Part shown: piece after piece, positions 34,201 through 43,953 of the stretch | Layout: every line of letters starts with the position of its first letter | Numbering within the stretch: the first letter of the stretch is position 1 | DNA from: Nibricoccus sp. | GTDB taxonomy: Bacteria; Verrucomicrobiota; Verrucomicrobiia; Opitutales; Opitutaceae | Assembly (NCBI GenBank): GCA_047602425.1 | Contig: JASGHG010000001.1 | Location: forward strand, 2,336,001 to 2,400,000 | DNA: 64,000 nucleotides | Reading direction: 5' to 3' | Notes under the pieces: model-generated | What the model saw: only the letters and a program-made list of their open reading frames with translations | Databases searched by the model: none | Told to the model about the DNA's origin: nothing | Translations under genes and position numbers: made by a program

Positions 34201-34846
34201 GATCAGGCGTGAGGGCGTGTTCGCGGAAAACTTTGAGCGCCTTCTCGTCGATCATCGAGCGCACGTCGTCGTCACTGAGGATCGAGATCTTCTGCACTTC
34301 ATGGGAAGTACGGAAGCCGTCGAAGAAATGCATGAACGGCACGCGAGTTTTCAGCGTGACCGAGTGGGAAATAGCGGCGAAGTCGTGGGCTTCCTGCACG
34401 GAGTTCGAGCAGAGCATGGCGACGCCAGTCTGACGACACGACATGACGTCCGAGTGGTCGCCGAAGATCGACAACGCATGTGTGGCGAGCGCGCGGGCCG
34501 TCACGTGGATGACGAATGGATGAAGTTCGCCGGCGATCTTGTAGAGATTCGGGATCATCAACAGGAGGCCCTGCGATGCGGTGAACGTGGCGGACAAAGC
34601 GCCAGCTTGGAGAGCGCCGTGTACGGCACCGGCGGCGCCGCCTTCGGACTGCATCTCAATGACTTCGGGAGTGTGGCCCCAGAGATTCTTCTTCTTTTTG
34701 GCGGCCCATTCATCGACCCATTCGCCCATGGGCGAAGAGGGGGTAATGGGGTAGATCGCGAAAAGTTCGCAAACTCGGAAGGCTACGTTGGCCACGGCCT
34801 CGTTGGCATCGAGGGTGGATTTTTCGGTGGAGAGCGGCTTGATCAC
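31229..34846 (-). CDS. nifJ: Pyruvate:ferredoxin (flavodoxin) oxidoreductase
   Basis: YPITPSS, two ferredoxin CxxCxxCxxxCP motifs, GGDGWAYDIG, EVYSNTGGQ; start (GTG 34846) uncertain. Confidence 0.95.
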   Translation of the reverse strand: MIKPLSTEKSTLDANEAVANVAFRVCELFAIYPITPSSPMGEWVDEWAAKKKKNLWGHTPEVIEMQSEGGAAGAVHGALQAGALSATFTASQGLLLMIPNLYKIAGELHPFVIHVTARALATHALSIFGDHSDVMSCRQTGVAMLCSNSVQEAHDFAAISHSVTLKTRVPFMHFFDGFRTSHEVQKISILSDDDVRSMIDEKALKVFREHALTPDRPSIRGTAQNPDVFFQAREACNSYYDAVAGAVQEAFADLAARTGRKYNLFDYEGAPDAERVVVIMGSGAETVAETSAFLNAKGEKTGVVTVRLFRPFDAKAMLAALPKTVKSIAVLDRTKEPGALGEPLFQDVATALYESDRCGKVSIVGGRYGLGSKEFTPAMVKAVFDELKSASPKKRFTVGINDDVTRLSLNYDETFDIETPDTRRALFYGLGADGTVGANKNSIKIIGEGTDLYAQGYFVYDSKKSGAMTVSHLRFGPKPIRSPYLISQASFVAIHHFPFMERIEVLGQAATGATLLINLNVPADQVWDRLPREVQSTIIAKKLKLFAIDAYSVARAAGMGGQINTVMQTCFFALSGVLPREEAIEAIKYAIKKTYGKKGDAVVAKNHAAVDASLAALHEIKVPCAVTAKEARQPVVAAVAPDYVKRITAVMMAGDGDRLPVSAFAADGQFPVSTTQWEKRNIALEIPVWDPSLCIQCNKCVMVCPHAAIRCAAYPKDAAAGAPETFKKTDLKVKDVPNHLYTIQVAPEDCTGCTLCAKVCPAKDKSDIKRKALMMAPQPPLRVQERNNYDFFLKLPPAPAALLQDTVKGTQFRQPLFEYSGACTGCGETPYVKLLTQLYGDRLLVANATGCSSIYGGNLPTTPYTTTPEGRGPAWSNSLFEDNAEYGLGIRAGVDQLAVQSARLLGELAAQLPAALVDGIQKTDQSNDAGIATVRGHVEQLKKLLAGLNDEKAKSLLTLADYLVKKSVWILGGDGWAYDIGFGGLDHVFASGRKINILVLDTEVYSNTGGQCSKSTPIGAIAKFAAGGKETNKKDLAMIAASYGNVYVAKIALGAKDSQTVQAFVEAEKHPGVSLIIAYSHCIAHGYNIANGLDQQKLAVDTGYWPMFRYDPARIEKGQAPMLLDSAAPKVPVANFMANELRFQALTKANPEHAAMLGKKAQAAVDERFAGYQHLAAAGAKVVTPMTPAAPAAPAKEAPPAKPSA

Positions 34847-35064
34847 GACGTTAACATAACGCGGACACGTGCTGTCTGCAAAGCGGTCGTTGGCCATCGC
34901 TGCGCATTTTTTGCGTAGGGAAAACTTATTGTATCTATTAGTCTCATACATGTGAGCTTAAGGGAAAAGTTTTTCGTCTCGGCCAATCGGCAGCAGGGAA
35001 GTGAAACTTGCCATTGCTAGAAAAGAGTTTGGCAGGCACCCGCGCTTGTTGTGGTGTTGGACGC

Positions 35065-35607
35065 ATGACGCCTTCCGAGCTGATCAAATCCAAAATCCGC
35101 ACCGTGCGCGGCTGGCCCAAGGTCGGCGTGAATTTTCGCGACGTCACCACGCTGTTTCACGAGCCTGAGGCCTTTCGCGCCGCGATCGATGCTTTTGCCG
35201 AGGATTGCGAGAAACAGAAGATCGACATCCTCGCGGCGGTTGATGCGCGCGGTTTCATCTTGGGCGGCGCTCTGGCCTATCGGCTCAACAAGCCCTTCGC
35301 CCTCGTGCGAAAAAAGGGCAAGCTTCCCTTCAAAACCCTTTCTGAAGACTATAGCCTCGAATACGGCACGGCCACGGTTGAGATCCACGCCGACGCGTGC
35401 AAACCCGGCGACCGCATCCTCATCATCGACGACTTGATTGCGACCGGGGGTACGTTGCTCGCGGCGGCAAAACTTTTTCGTCTGCTGCACGGCGAAGTGG
35501 TGGGCGTGGCGGCGGTGATCGATTTACCGGAACTGGGTGGTTCGGCACGCTTGCGTTCAGCCGGCCTCTCTGTGCACGCGCTGTGCGAATTTTCCGAAAA
35601 CGAATAG
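35065..35607 (+). CDS. apt: Adenine phosphoribosyltransferase
   Basis: DARGF, RKKGKLP, LEYG, IDDLIATGGT. Confidence 0.96.
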   Translation: MTPSELIKSKIRTVRGWPKVGVNFRDVTTLFHEPEAFRAAIDAFAEDCEKQKIDILAAVDARGFILGGALAYRLNKPFALVRKKGKLPFKTLSEDYSLEYGTATVEIHADACKPGDRILIIDDLIATGGTLLAAAKLFRLLHGEVVGVAAVIDLPELGGSARLRSAGLSVHALCEFSENE

Positions 35608-35743
35608 GATAAGCCCTGCTTTTCGCGCGCGCATGTGAGGCGAAAAACGGATGAGAGCGGAGGTTTTGAAAAGATCTCCTAATAGAATTTATAAATTCTT
35701 TGGGTAGGGCTTGTGGCGATAGTTTACGGCAGCAACTTTCGGC

Positions 35744-37636
35744 ATGACACGCAGGCTACTTCTGGTCGAAGACGACCGGCCAGTTCTTATCGTGACGGCA
35801 GAGCTTTTGAAACGGACGGGTTGTGAAATCGTCACAGCTGATTCCGCGCCAGCGGCGATCGCGCGTCTGCAGCACGAGAAATTCGATTTGTTAGTCACGG
35901 ATTTTTTCCTAGGAGACCGCACCGCCGAAGAAGTGATTAAGACACTTCGCGCCGCACACCCTTCGGTTCCGATCATCGTCGTGACGGGTGACATCGACTC
36001 GGTTCCCGAGTGGATCAAGCAACCGGGCGTGGTTGAACAAATATTTTCGAAGCCATTTTCGTCGGCTCAATTGGTGCGCGCCGTCAGCGACGCCTTGGAG
36101 CCAACCGGTGAGACTCAAGCCAAGGCTCGGGCCGCGGCGCCGGAGCCAGTCGATTTCAGATTGCCCAAGGGAATTGAGGAAATGGTGCACCGCGCCGTCG
36201 ACGACGAGAGCATCGTGGCCATTACGGATAAAAAAGGTTCTATTGTTTACGCCAACGACCGCTTCTGCGAAATCTCCGGTTATAGCCGGAGCGAATTGCT
36301 GGGCCGCAACCATCGGTTGCTCAAATCCGATCAGCATCCGCCGGCTTTCTATAAAACACTTTGGGGCACGATCCTCAGTGGCCGTGTGTGGCGCGGAGAA
36401 ATCTGCAACAAGGCCAAGGATGGTCATCTCTATTTCGTCGACACGATTATCTCGCCCTTGCGCAGCGAGGGTTTGATCACGCACTTCCTTGCGTTGCGCA
36501 CCGACATCACGGCTAAAAAGGAGATCGAAAAAGAACTGATCCGGCAGCATCAGCGCGAGGAGGAAGATCGCCGGATGACCGCGCTCGGCCGGATGGCCAA
36601 CGGCTTCTTGCATGATCTCAATAATGTACTCACCGGCGTAATGGGCATTGCGACGGAGGCAAGCGGTGCCGCGCGCGACGCGATGTTGCAAGACGCGATC
36701 AGCCGCATGGCGCAGCTCACTCGAACCCTGCGCGATTATTCCGCAGGGCGTCCGTCGAAAGTGGAATCCTTCCCCTTGAATCCGCTGCTGTCTTGTGCTT
36801 GTTCGTTGGTTCGTCACCGCAAGGGCGCGCCGCCCGGACTGAGCATCGTCGAACAGACGACGGAAACGCGCAAAGTCGAGGTCGTCGGCTGCGAGGCTCA
36901 AATTTTCGAAGTCGTACTCAACTTGGTCATCAACGCCATGGAGGCTGTCGCCGAAGTGCCTTCGCCGCGAGTAGTGCTTCATGCAAGCCGCGCGGGCCGC
37001 GACGTGGTCATAACCGTCGAGGATAACGGCCCGGGCGTTCCTCTGGCCGTGGCGGACAATATCTTTGAACCCTACACTTCGTCGAAAGGCGCGGGTCGCG
37101 GCATAGGACTTTCCGTCGCGCGCAGCATCGCAACGGCGCACAACGGAAATCTCCAGCTTGAGTCTGCTGGCGGTGACGGAAAAGGCGCGCGGTTTCGTTT
37201 CACCCTGCCAGCCCGCGAAACGGCGCCGGCGGTTCCGGTGGAAAATGCAACACCGGCCGGTCCTCGCCGCATCGTTCTCGTTTCCGAGGATGAAGTCGAC
37301 GTTCGCCGCTTGATCACCAGGAGCGCCAGCGAAATCGGACTCACCGTCATGAGCGCCGGCGACACCGCCGACCTGCTCGCGCTCGCGGCACAAATGAAGG
37401 AAGTTCTCGCCGCCGCGATTATCGACAATTGTGAAGTCGAATCCGAACAGGGCGCCGTGGCCTGCCTGCGTCGAATCTCGCCGGATCTGCCGATTATCCT
37501 GATTTCTGCAAAACTAACGACCCGGGGCCGAAGCTCAACGCCGTGGGGCGAAGTGGAAAATATCCCGAAGCCCTTCGAGGGCGAAGCGCTCCAGCGCGCC
37601 TTGACCACGTCGGTCTCACGGACCGCCACCCGTTGA
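35744..37636 (+). CDS. Hybrid sensor kinase (REC-PAS-HisKA/HATPase-degenerate REC)
   Basis: LLLVEDD receiver, ITDKKGSIVYAN PAS, HDLNN H-box, DNGPG and GRGIGL boxes. Confidence 0.9.
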   Translation: MTRRLLLVEDDRPVLIVTAELLKRTGCEIVTADSAPAAIARLQHEKFDLLVTDFFLGDRTAEEVIKTLRAAHPSVPIIVVTGDIDSVPEWIKQPGVVEQIFSKPFSSAQLVRAVSDALEPTGETQAKARAAAPEPVDFRLPKGIEEMVHRAVDDESIVAITDKKGSIVYANDRFCEISGYSRSELLGRNHRLLKSDQHPPAFYKTLWGTILSGRVWRGEICNKAKDGHLYFVDTIISPLRSEGLITHFLALRTDITAKKEIEKELIRQHQREEEDRRMTALGRMANGFLHDLNNVLTGVMGIATEASGAARDAMLQDAISRMAQLTRTLRDYSAGRPSKVESFPLNPLLSCACSLVRHRKGAPPGLSIVEQTTETRKVEVVGCEAQIFEVVLNLVINAMEAVAEVPSPRVVLHASRAGRDVVITVEDNGPGVPLAVADNIFEPYTSSKGAGRGIGLSVARSIATAHNGNLQLESAGGDGKGARFRFTLPARETAPAVPVENATPAGPRRIVLVSEDEVDVRRLITRSASEIGLTVMSAGDTADLLALAAQMKEVLAAAIIDNCEVESEQGAVACLRRISPDLPIILISAKLTTRGRSSTPWGEVENIPKPFEGEALQRALTTSVSRTATR

Positions 37637-37688
37637 GTGGGATCACGACGGGCTTGAAAAACGCCGCGCTTGGCACCGTGTTTACTGC

Positions 37689-38669
37689 ATGCCCGCGCCG
37701 CTGACGATCTGGACCAACGCCAAACTTGCCGAACCAGCTCATAGGTTACTTGTCGAGGGAGTGAAACCGCATCGGCTCGTGATCGACGCGAACTCCTCCG
37801 CGTCCGTCCTTGCCGGCGGTGCAGCTGATCCTGCGCTTGCCGACGCCGACATCGCTTTCGGCCAGCCGCATGTCGAGTCCTGCATCGAAAACACGAAATT
37901 GCGGTGGATCGAGCTGACTTCGGCCGGCTTTACACGTTACGACCGTGAGGATTTTCGCGAAGCATTGCGACGACGCGGAGGCATTTTCACCAATGCCTCC
38001 AGCGTTTTTGCGGAGCCTTGTGCACAACACGCGCTGGCGATGATGCTGGCCTGCGCCCGCCAGCTTTTGCCCGCTCACCGTGACCAACTTGGCAATCGTC
38101 CCTGGCGGCATCTGGAGCTCCGTTCCGAGTCGCGCCTACTGAACGGCCAGATAGTTCTTTTGCTTGGTTATGGCGCCATTGGCCGCCGTGTGGCCGAGTT
38201 GCTCGCGCCATTTCGGATGAAAATCTACGCGGTGCGTCGCAAAACCTACAGCGAGCCCGGCGTGCACATCATTCCAGAGGAAATGCTCAGCTCGGTCATC
38301 GCCACGGCCGACCACGTGGTCAATGTTCTCCCGGAGAACCCATCCACGCTCAATTACGTCAATGCCCGGCGCCTTGGCTGGTGCAAACGTGGCGCACGCT
38401 TCTATAACGTGGGCCGCGGCACCACGGTGGATCAAAACGCTTTGGCGGAATCGCTTGGTTCAGGTCGGCTCGGGGCCGCTTATCTCGACGTCACCGATCC
38501 CGAACCGCTGCCTCCCTCGCATCCGCTTTGGGAGGCGCCGAATTGTTTCATCACGCCGCACTCTGCCGGCGGCCGCCACGATCAGGACGAGGCGTTGGTT
38601 CAACATTTTCTTGGTAATCTCAAAAACTACCTTGCCGGGGGCGAAACCTGGACAGACCGGGTGCTGTAA
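37689..38669 (+). CDS. D-2-hydroxyacid dehydrogenase
   Basis: GYGAIG, NVGRG, LDVTDPEPLP, TPHSAG. Confidence 0.92.
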   Translation: MPAPLTIWTNAKLAEPAHRLLVEGVKPHRLVIDANSSASVLAGGAADPALADADIAFGQPHVESCIENTKLRWIELTSAGFTRYDREDFREALRRRGGIFTNASSVFAEPCAQHALAMMLACARQLLPAHRDQLGNRPWRHLELRSESRLLNGQIVLLLGYGAIGRRVAELLAPFRMKIYAVRRKTYSEPGVHIIPEEMLSSVIATADHVVNVLPENPSTLNYVNARRLGWCKRGARFYNVGRGTTVDQNALAESLGSGRLGAAYLDVTDPEPLPPSHPLWEAPNCFITPHSAGGRHDQDEALVQHFLGNLKNYLAGGETWTDRVL

Positions 38670-38697
38670 GCGGGTGACATGAACCGGGCGCCGCAGC

Positions 38698-40614
38698 CTA
38701 CACCCAACGCGAAAGCTCTGCGAGACGCTCGTTTGAAGATCTACCGGTTGGTTCGGCCTCCGATGACCACCATGGTTGCTGTTTCTTCAGAATGCGAAGC
38801 GTGGCACCATCGATCAGCGCGGAAAAGTCCCGCGCTTCGAGGAAATTGTCCTCACGCGCGTTGCTGCCGACGACGAGATTGGCGAGCCAGCTTTCTCCTC
38901 CAGCTTCATGCATGGAACGGAGAAGCGGCATTGCCGTGAGGGACGCGATCAAGGAACTGTTGGCGCCCAGTTCGGCGCATTCGGGTTTTTGTTCGCCGAG
39001 CAACGCGCGCATCAGCGAGGCGCCATTTGGACCGCGTACGATTGGGCCCAACTCATCCTTGGAATTTTGCACGAGAGTGTTTTTGCGCGTATAGGCGATG
39101 GGAAAGCCTCCGTCGATCAACCAGAGTTGCCGCCCTGTCGTTATTTTATGGATACGCACGTGGGCGTTTGGCGTCGCGACAATCCAGGTTCGGATTTCGA
39201 CGTCGGGCCAGGGCTGCCAGCGGGAATAGGCGACGCCATCCTTGAGCGCGCCGTTTTCGCAATGCTCGCGCACGCGGAAAAAGCGGTTGTTGTCGCTGAC
39301 CGAGATGCCGTTGTCCAAGCCACCCTCTGCCAACGTGGGCGCGCCCGCGGGCACGTTGAAGCCGAAGCGTGTGGAGTATGCACATTTTGAATACTTGTGT
39401 GGCGCATTGCGCGGCCAATCGTAGACCGGCTGTCCGGGGGTAAGCGCCGTGATCTCGCGACGCACGGGGTCGGTGGCGATGATCTGGTTGGCGTTGGGAA
39501 TTGTCACAACCGCCCGGCGTGGCGGCAGCGGCTCTTCCTCGGCTTTCCAAAAAGGATGATTTTTGGCCAGGGCGAGCGGCAGGAACGCCTTGAGCGCCCA
39601 GTATGGCGAGTCGGGCGAGTTATAGCTCTCGGCCATGTGCAGATTCGGATATGCATAACCGATCGTAAGCAGGCCGGTTTCGGAAAAAATCGGCTGCTGC
39701 ATCCACCAGCGCAGATGGCGGAGGTAAAGGCCCTTGATCACGCCCCACGGCAGAGCCTCGACTGAGGCAAACGCCAGTCCACCCCAGAATGAACCTTGGG
39801 CGAAACGATAGGTTAGACTTCGTCCGAATGGCAAAGCCGAACCATCAGCAGAGAAATAATAAACGAAATCGCGCGCAAAGGAGCGGGCGCGCTCGACATA
39901 GCGGGCCGCGCGCGTCGGATCGGAATCCGAGGCGAGGCGCGCATAGATCAGGCTATAGAGATGAAACGCCATCGGAATGTAGTAATCGCCGAGTCGCCCA
40001 TCGCGAAAGCCGGGCGGATAGGTTTTCCCATCCGAGTACCAGCCGTCGCCAAGATAAAATTGATCGATTTGATCAAGGTCCGCGTGGATGCGATCGGGCG
40101 ACCAAGGCTGGCCGCAGCGGCGCAATCCGAGATTCACGAGCACGCGGAAAAACAACCAGTTGCTCTGCACCAGCTTCACTTCGTTGATGTGTTGCAGCCA
40201 GATGGAGAGGCGTTTTTTAGCGTCGCTGGAGAGCGGATCCCAGACGGTCTTGGGCGTGAGGGCGAGCCCGAAGCCGATGGCGGCTTGTTCGACACTGCGT
40301 TGATCGTAGTCGCCGGCCAGTCCCCAATATTCTTGGTGCGAAGGATTGGTTCCAGAATCGAGCCCCTCGCGCCAGAGCGACCAGTGTTTGAAATCGCCAT
40401 CTCCGGCCGTCAGCGGCACAAGTCCCCAGAGCGGGCGGGCAAAACCTTCGAGCCAGCCCGGAGGATCGCCGTACAGCGCGCGGTTTTCGCCGAGGTGCAC
40501 TTCGGCGCGGCCCTTCGAGAAGTGCGGCACGATGGGTTCGACCAGGTCGCGCAGAAGCTGCTGAACATCGGCGCGTGTGCGCAGTGGGTTGGTCGAAAAA
40601 GGCAGTGGATTCAT
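38698..40614 (-). CDS. DUF2264 protein (probable glycoside hydrolase, GH154-like)
   Basis: LEGFARPLWG, DQRSVE, NWLFF, GDGWYSDG, GRSLTYRFA, ESYNSPDSPYWA. Confidence 0.8.
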   Translation of the reverse strand: MNPLPFSTNPLRTRADVQQLLRDLVEPIVPHFSKGRAEVHLGENRALYGDPPGWLEGFARPLWGLVPLTAGDGDFKHWSLWREGLDSGTNPSHQEYWGLAGDYDQRSVEQAAIGFGLALTPKTVWDPLSSDAKKRLSIWLQHINEVKLVQSNWLFFRVLVNLGLRRCGQPWSPDRIHADLDQIDQFYLGDGWYSDGKTYPPGFRDGRLGDYYIPMAFHLYSLIYARLASDSDPTRAARYVERARSFARDFVYYFSADGSALPFGRSLTYRFAQGSFWGGLAFASVEALPWGVIKGLYLRHLRWWMQQPIFSETGLLTIGYAYPNLHMAESYNSPDSPYWALKAFLPLALAKNHPFWKAEEEPLPPRRAVVTIPNANQIIATDPVRREITALTPGQPVYDWPRNAPHKYSKCAYSTRFGFNVPAGAPTLAEGGLDNGISVSDNNRFFRVREHCENGALKDGVAYSRWQPWPDVEIRTWIVATPNAHVRIHKITTGRQLWLIDGGFPIAYTRKNTLVQNSKDELGPIVRGPNGASLMRALLGEQKPECAELGANSSLIASLTAMPLLRSMHEAGGESWLANLVVGSNAREDNFLEARDFSALIDGATLRILKKQQPWWSSEAEPTGRSSNERLAELSRWV

Positions 40615-40652
40615 GTGGGGCAGATGAAGATCAATATGGAGGTGTCTAAAGG

Positions 40653-40964
40653 TTATTGTTCGGCTGCTGGCGGCACGGACGGTGTTTTGGGTTTTCGGTC
40701 CGCGTGACCGAGACTGCGGCCAGGTGCGATGCGATCGCGCACGAGTTGCTTGAGCTCGGTTATCTCCGGAAAGCGCCCCGCTTCCTTGCGTGACCAAACC
40801 AAGACGCCATCAGCGCGCACTTCGAAAATTCCTCCAGTGTTGGGCTTCAAAACAAACTCACCAATTTCCTCTTCGAATGTCGTCAATAACTCCTGTGCCA
40901 TCCACGCGGAGCGCAGGAGCCACCGGCATTTTGTGCAATAAGCAATCTCGATACGGTGTGTCAT
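40653..40964 (-). CDS. SelT/SelW/SelH (Rdx) family protein
   Basis: YCTKCRWLLRSAWMAQELLTTF, GGIFEV, FPE..ELKQLVRD. Confidence 0.9.
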   Translation of the reverse strand: MTHRIEIAYCTKCRWLLRSAWMAQELLTTFEEEIGEFVLKPNTGGIFEVRADGVLVWSRKEAGRFPEITELKQLVRDRIAPGRSLGHADRKPKTPSVPPAAEQ

Positions 40965-41015
40965 AGCAGTCTTCGATTAAGCGAACGACGCGGCGTTGGC
41001 GAGTGGTAGATGATT

Positions 41016-41846
41016 TTAAGGAGGAAAAACGAATGTCTGCAGGGACGAGGTCCGCTGGTCGTCGCGCCAGGTTCCAACCAGCGCGCCTTTTGCGGAAAAT
41101 TCCAGCAGTGAGTATCCCGTCGCGCCTAAATTTACCCCGTGACCGAGCCAATTGCAGACGAGCATTCCGCCATGGGGAAGCAGGATGAAATCGCCAAAAA
41201 AGAAGGGACGAATTTCCTCTTGGTCACCAATGCAGAGCCAGCGTCGGAGTTCTCGTCCATCGCGGTCGCATTGCACCACGAAGGCACCATATCCCGCGGA
41301 AATATAGGTGGTGCCGTCGTCATGACGAAGTGCTTTCCACGCATGCCTGAAGCCAGGTATGGAAAATTTCATAACCATCCGGCCCAACCAATCTGCCTCG
41401 GCTACAAAAGTGTCGCGGGTGAAGAGAATCGTATCTTCCCAAGTGGAACTTGCACGACGAACGTAGTCGCCCGGAAAACGGACAGAGCGAAAGAGAGCGC
41501 AGTGGGAGTCGACCTCCAGAAATTCAATCGTGTTAGATTCGGTTAAGCCGAGTCCACCGACGAACGTGCGGCCATTGCTGAGGCGCTCGGCGGAAATCAC
41601 TCCTGCGTTCGCGACGCGCAGTTCGTTCTGAAGTTGGCCAGTTCGGACGTCTATTTCCAGGACTCCGGTCTCGCACACCGCCAGCAAAACTCCGGAGGGC
41701 AACCATTGCAGCGACCGACATTTGTCTTTGAGCGGATACGTCCAAACAACCTCCTGCGCACCTCGATCGAAAAAGAGAATCCGGTCTAGTCCTTCGTCGA
41801 CCGCTCCGAACGGCGGGAGGGGAAAGGATAGCGGAGGTGGAGACAT
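41016..41846 (-). CDS. Beta-propeller-like hypothetical protein
   Basis: Repeated LPSG/LSNG/LPHGG turns with VVW/VLEID strands; lies within the glycan operon. Confidence 0.55.
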   Translation of the reverse strand: MSPPPLSFPLPPFGAVDEGLDRILFFDRGAQEVVWTYPLKDKCRSLQWLPSGVLLAVCETGVLEIDVRTGQLQNELRVANAGVISAERLSNGRTFVGGLGLTESNTIEFLEVDSHCALFRSVRFPGDYVRRASSTWEDTILFTRDTFVAEADWLGRMVMKFSIPGFRHAWKALRHDDGTTYISAGYGAFVVQCDRDGRELRRWLCIGDQEEIRPFFFGDFILLPHGGMLVCNWLGHGVNLGATGYSLLEFSAKGALVGTWRDDQRTSSLQTFVFPP

Positions 41847-41886
41847 GGCGGGCGGTTGGTCTGTTGTGGAACCCTCGCGGCGCTGC

Positions 41887-43929
41887 TTATACCACAGGTT
41901 TCGATCGTTTGAGAATTCGTACTCCGAAACCGGGCAGGCTCTCGGCCCCTGCGCAGGTTTTTCCGGTGAGGAGATCGACACCGGTCCAACCGGCATAGTC
42001 GACTTTTGCTTCGGCTGGCTGATGGTTGATGACGAAGAGAAATTCATCCCGATCATTACCTCTTACGGAAAGTTCGACTCCGGCTTCAGCGTAAACCGGT
42101 GCTTCGAGCCTGCGCTCGGAAAATATTCGTGCAAACAATCGCTGCAGGGAATCGGGTTCGGGTTGCGTCCCAATATAGATTGCTTCGCCGCGGCCGAAGC
42201 GGTGCGTTGTGATCGCCGCGCGCCCCGCGGGGAAACCTTCCGTGTAGCGGGCCAAGGGCTGTGCGCCGAGGAGATGAATCGCTTCGCAAAATTTGGAGCA
42301 GCGGCCCTCCTTGGATTCGCCTTCATGGTCCAAGGTGTTGGTTTCACCGGGCAGAAGCGGTTGCCATTCTTCGACGACGAGGCCGAAGACGTCTTTCAGC
42401 GTCGCTGGATAACCGCCGAGCCAGATGTGGTCGCGCTGATCGGCCACGCCGCTAAAATACGACATGACCAACACGCCGCCTTTTTCGACGAAGCGCCTCA
42501 ACTGGTCCGACTGCGCTTGGGAGATTTGGTATAAAGCCGGCGCAATCACGACCGAATAACCGTCGAGCGGACCATCGGGATGAACGATATCTGCGGCGAC
42601 GTTAAGCTCCCATAACGGACGGTAGAAATCGCCGACGATGGCCGCGTAGTCGAACTGGGTTGGTTTCGATTCAAGCTCGATGGCCCAGCGATTTTCCCAG
42701 CTGACCATGTAGGCCACGCGCGCCGGTATTCGAGATCCCGATACACAACCAAGCTTTTTCAACTCGTTGCCCAGAGCACAAACTTCACGGTAGATGCGGC
42801 CACCGGTTCCATAGTGGGGAATCATTGCGCCGTGGAACTTTTCCGCGCCGGCTTTCGACGCGCGCCACTGAAAAAACATGATGCCATCGGCACCGCGGGC
42901 CATCGCCTGATAGCTGAGGGCTCGCATCTGGCTCGGAGCTTTGAGCTGGTTGACGGTGCGCCAATTCACCTGCGAGGTAACTTGCTCCATCAGGATGAAT
43001 GGTTGTCCACCGCGCAGGGAACGGAAAAGGTCGTGACCGAAGGCCGCGGTGCAAACGTCGCTCAGTCCGGTGGCGGGATCCGGATAGGAATCCCAAGCGG
43101 CGATGTCGACGTGTTTGTACCAAGAAAAGTAGTCGGTTTGTCGCCAGAAGCCGAGACCGTTGGTGGTGACCTTTGCATCCGGAGCGACTTCGCGCAGTGC
43201 CTCGATTTCGCCGGTGAGAATCGCGCGCAGCGAATCGTTCATGAAGCGCGTATAGTCGAGGACCTGGCCGGGATTGCGAAAGGTCATCATCTTTCTCGGT
43301 GGCTGGATTTCCTCCCAGTCGCCGTAGGCTTGGCTCCAGAAAGCGGTTCCCCACGAATCGTTGAGGGCCTCGAGGGTTTGGTAACGCTCTTTCAGCCACG
43401 TGCGAAAATCGGTCGCGCAGGTTTCGCAATAGCACGTGTGGCTATGGCAGCCGATTTCGTTGTTGAGATGCCACAAGGCCACAGCGGGATGGCTGGCGTA
43501 ACGTTCGCCGAGTTTTCGGCAGAGACGGGCGGAGGCTTGTCGGTAAGCGCGACTATTTGGGCAATAGTGCTGGCGTGAACCGATGTAGAACTGGACGCCG
43601 TTTTCGTCGACGGGGAGACTCTCGGGGTGCGCGCGGGAAAGCCAGGCGGGCGGCGAGGCTGTCGCGGTGGCGAGATTGATCGAGACGCCATTTTTCCAGA
43701 GCAGATCGATGACGCGATCAAGCCACGCGAACTCGTATTCTTCGGACCGCGGCTCAATCTTTGCCCAGGAAAAAATCGCGAGACTAACGAAGTTCACTCC
43801 TGCTTCGCGCATCAGGCGCACATCTTCCTGCCAGGTTTCCTCGGGCCACTGTTCTGGATTGTAGTCCCCGCCGTAGAGGATGCCGGAAGGGAGTTTTGGC
43901 GCGATCGATTTCAGAGGAGTCGCAGGCAT
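41887..43929 (-). CDS. Beta-galactosidase, GH42
   Basis: GGDYNPEQW, IFSW, WHLNNE, WDSYP, FILMEQ, GAEKFHG. Confidence 0.95.
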   Translation of the reverse strand: MPATPLKSIAPKLPSGILYGGDYNPEQWPEETWQEDVRLMREAGVNFVSLAIFSWAKIEPRSEEYEFAWLDRVIDLLWKNGVSINLATATASPPAWLSRAHPESLPVDENGVQFYIGSRQHYCPNSRAYRQASARLCRKLGERYASHPAVALWHLNNEIGCHSHTCYCETCATDFRTWLKERYQTLEALNDSWGTAFWSQAYGDWEEIQPPRKMMTFRNPGQVLDYTRFMNDSLRAILTGEIEALREVAPDAKVTTNGLGFWRQTDYFSWYKHVDIAAWDSYPDPATGLSDVCTAAFGHDLFRSLRGGQPFILMEQVTSQVNWRTVNQLKAPSQMRALSYQAMARGADGIMFFQWRASKAGAEKFHGAMIPHYGTGGRIYREVCALGNELKKLGCVSGSRIPARVAYMVSWENRWAIELESKPTQFDYAAIVGDFYRPLWELNVAADIVHPDGPLDGYSVVIAPALYQISQAQSDQLRRFVEKGGVLVMSYFSGVADQRDHIWLGGYPATLKDVFGLVVEEWQPLLPGETNTLDHEGESKEGRCSKFCEAIHLLGAQPLARYTEGFPAGRAAITTHRFGRGEAIYIGTQPEPDSLQRLFARIFSERRLEAPVYAEAGVELSVRGNDRDEFLFVINHQPAEAKVDYAGWTGVDLLTGKTCAGAESLPGFGVRILKRSKPVV

Positions 43930-43953
43930 GGCGCGCGGACGGTGTGGACGGAT

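Noticed and set aside
40653..40964. Possible selenoprotein
   Set aside because: The motif is CxxC (CTKC) with no in-frame TGA
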